Assembly: GCA_951406725.2 (NCBI GenBank)
Contig: OX597834.1
Span: 248,001 to 312,000, forward strand
Direction of reading: 5' to 3'
Source of the DNA: Octopus vulgaris
Lineage: Eukaryota
DNA: 64,000 nucleotides
The translations under genes and the position numbers were made by a program. The notes beneath the pieces were generated by a model. That model saw nothing but the letters and a program-made list of their open reading frames with translations. It searched no databases and had not been told where the DNA came from. Within the stretch, counting starts at the first letter, position 1. Each line of letters starts with the position of its first letter. Below are positions 1 through 64,000 of this stretch, one piece after another.

Positions 1-568
1 GCATGTACTCTAATCTACAATACAAAATAAATATCACCAACGATTTAGATATTAAATACAATGACAGTCATAAAGAAATGAACCATTCTCCTAGAATGGT
101 TGTACTCCAGCATGGCCTTAGTTACAACTGATAAAAGAAACTTGAGTTCTGAAGAGAAATATCTACATTCTAAAGTTCTTTATTATAATTGGTTATTTCA
201 TGTTTACATCTACTAGAGTGCTGTTTTGGTTGTTATTAACAAGTTAATAATTCTAAAGTAAAGATTAGTAGCAATTAAAATGAGTTAATTTAGAAGTTGT
301 TAAAAAAGTTGATCACAGGAAAGACAGCTAACAGAGAAATTCAAGTATTTCAGATAAACATTAACCCTCAGCCAGAAACACTAAAACATATTTAGAGGTG
401 GGCACTTACCCTACAGTTTTAAACATCTTCAATAAAACAATGAAAAAGTCAAAACATTAAAAAAAAAGAAAGAAAAATTTCCACTTGAAAAAATACCATT
501 CCAAGTTTGGGCTTTGATCGGCATTTCCATTATTTTGTTTTTCTCTCAGATTTAATAATTATACCTAC

Positions 569-62304
<61,736 letters not shown>

Positions 62305-62324
62305 GTGAAACAGTTGTTAAGGAA
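62305..62324 (-). other. 3' end of U12-type AT-AC intron (branch point and AC acceptor)
   Basis: Minus strand TTCCTTAAC-aactgtttc-AC|G CCA TTT; no usable AG nearby. The donor lies outside the window. Confidence 0.88.
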
Positions 62325-64000
62325 ATAATGGTTTATACACATGGAACATTGAATAACAGGAAGATGACTGTTGTTATTGGAAATATATAAAATAATAATG
62401 AATTAAAATAGAATATAAATAATATATAATAAAGATAGGGATATAAATATATTAATAAAAAAAAATAATTAGAATATATTTATCAGCTGTTTTAGTGAAG
62501 GTGTGTGTAAATCAAAGAATTAATGACATAAACCATGAATGAGAGAAAACAGACCAAGCTGAAGACATGGACCAAAATTAGAGAAACATATTTCTGTGAG
62601 AAAATATTGAAGTTAAATGCCAGGTGACAAAGCCATACCGAAGAAAGCATTATTAAAAATTTGACAGGGTTATATAATGTTTAATCTTAAAAACAAATGT
62701 GATTGAAAGTTATACAAATGTTTGGCATATATGACCATACATTATGGTGAACCAGGAAATAATCAATAGAAAAAAAATTGAGGAAAATATGAATAATGAT
62801 TTATGATTAAGTGAGGGAGGAAATTTTATTGAAGATTGCTATAAACCTGTCTGATACATGCCAAAATATTTTCACAGAATTCAGAGTATCTCACACCATC
62901 TTTCCCAATAAGTCAAATTCCTAATAGGAATGGGGGAGTGTTCTTCAAGACAAGGGTTCCTGGCCTTCTTCCATTAACCTCTGCTAACATTTTCAAAGTA
63001 AATTTCCTCTCATTGTTTTGCTTAGTAATTAAAGTTTACATTTCTAACCATGATAAAACAACTAACAAAGAGGAAATTTAAAATAACTTTTTCAACATTT
63101 TTAAGTTCAAGTAACAATAAAAATAACACACAACAATGTTATTTCACTAATGAATGAATGAATTATAAACAGACACCAAAGCCAAACAGTCTTTGAATTC
63201 GTTGGCTTCATTAACAACACAGTAATTAACAAATATATATCACAAATCAGCACACACAAAATCTTTTTAAGTTGAGTAATTCCCTGTTACTTAGTACTCA
63301 GAGTAGCACCACATTTACTCATGAGTATACTGTGAAAAATTAAATAGAAAATGTCAAGGTCAAACTGAAGGTTAGAGAGTATTATACTGGGGATGGGGTG
63401 GGGGTAAATAAATAGGGAGAAGAGAAACTATATTTATAAAGTGGCTGATGATGATAATGATGATGATGATGATGACTGTAACAAATGTCAGTGGGTCTTT
63501 GTCAGCCTCATTTTCATATTGAAACCTGACCCTGTCCAGATATAAAATGAGGTCAAGAGTATTGGAGTTGGGTTAAAAAGGAGTTGATGGGGGGTGGGTG
63601 GGTCTTGCATCGAAGATATGTCTAAAATGGCCAAAGACACACTCGTCAAGGAGAACCAAAAGATGAGAAAGACTAAAGGGTTTATTACTTACTTGAAGGT
63701 TGGACATAAAAATATAGGGTACTAACCCTCTTATCAGTTTGGAACATATTTTCTATCGATTCTGGAAACCTGGGGACATAGATTAACCCTTTGGAAGCAG
63801 AATTTGGAAGACAATAAGACCATAATTCTGTGTGTGTGTGTGTGTGTATAACAGAATGAACTAAGCAGAGAAAGGGCACACACAAGGATGGAAAGTGTTG
63901 CTGAAGAGATCACAGATATATGACAAAAGATTTCTGGACAATGGACACGAGAATAAGAACAGTAATAAGTGAGTGAAGAATAAATATATAGTGTGTGTGT

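Overview
This is AT-rich, microsatellite- and SINE-dense animal DNA; the repeat families and composition point to a coleoid cephalopod, most likely Octopus (inference). The whole window lies inside one minus-strand gene for a Cav2-type (N/P/Q-like, cacophony/UNC-2-like) voltage-gated calcium channel alpha1 subunit. I traced 18 phase-consistent exons from IS1 (62304) through domain I, the AID-containing I-II linker and domain II into the II-III linker (569). The 5' and 3' ends of the gene lie outside the window. Two introns carry minor-spliceosome (U12) signals, one AT-AC and one GT-AG. The most interesting signal is three frame-preserving candidate microexons: an 18-nt one in the I-II linker and two homologous 30(33)-nt ones (QEAAEKKKLE and EEAAEKEKLA) just after IIS6. 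The introns also hold several near-perfect inverted repeats, RTE and CR1-like LINE fragments (one with a twin-priming inversion), a deleted piggyBac, a Merlin remnant, MITEs and a tandem SINE array. All calls were made by eye, with no alignments or expression data.
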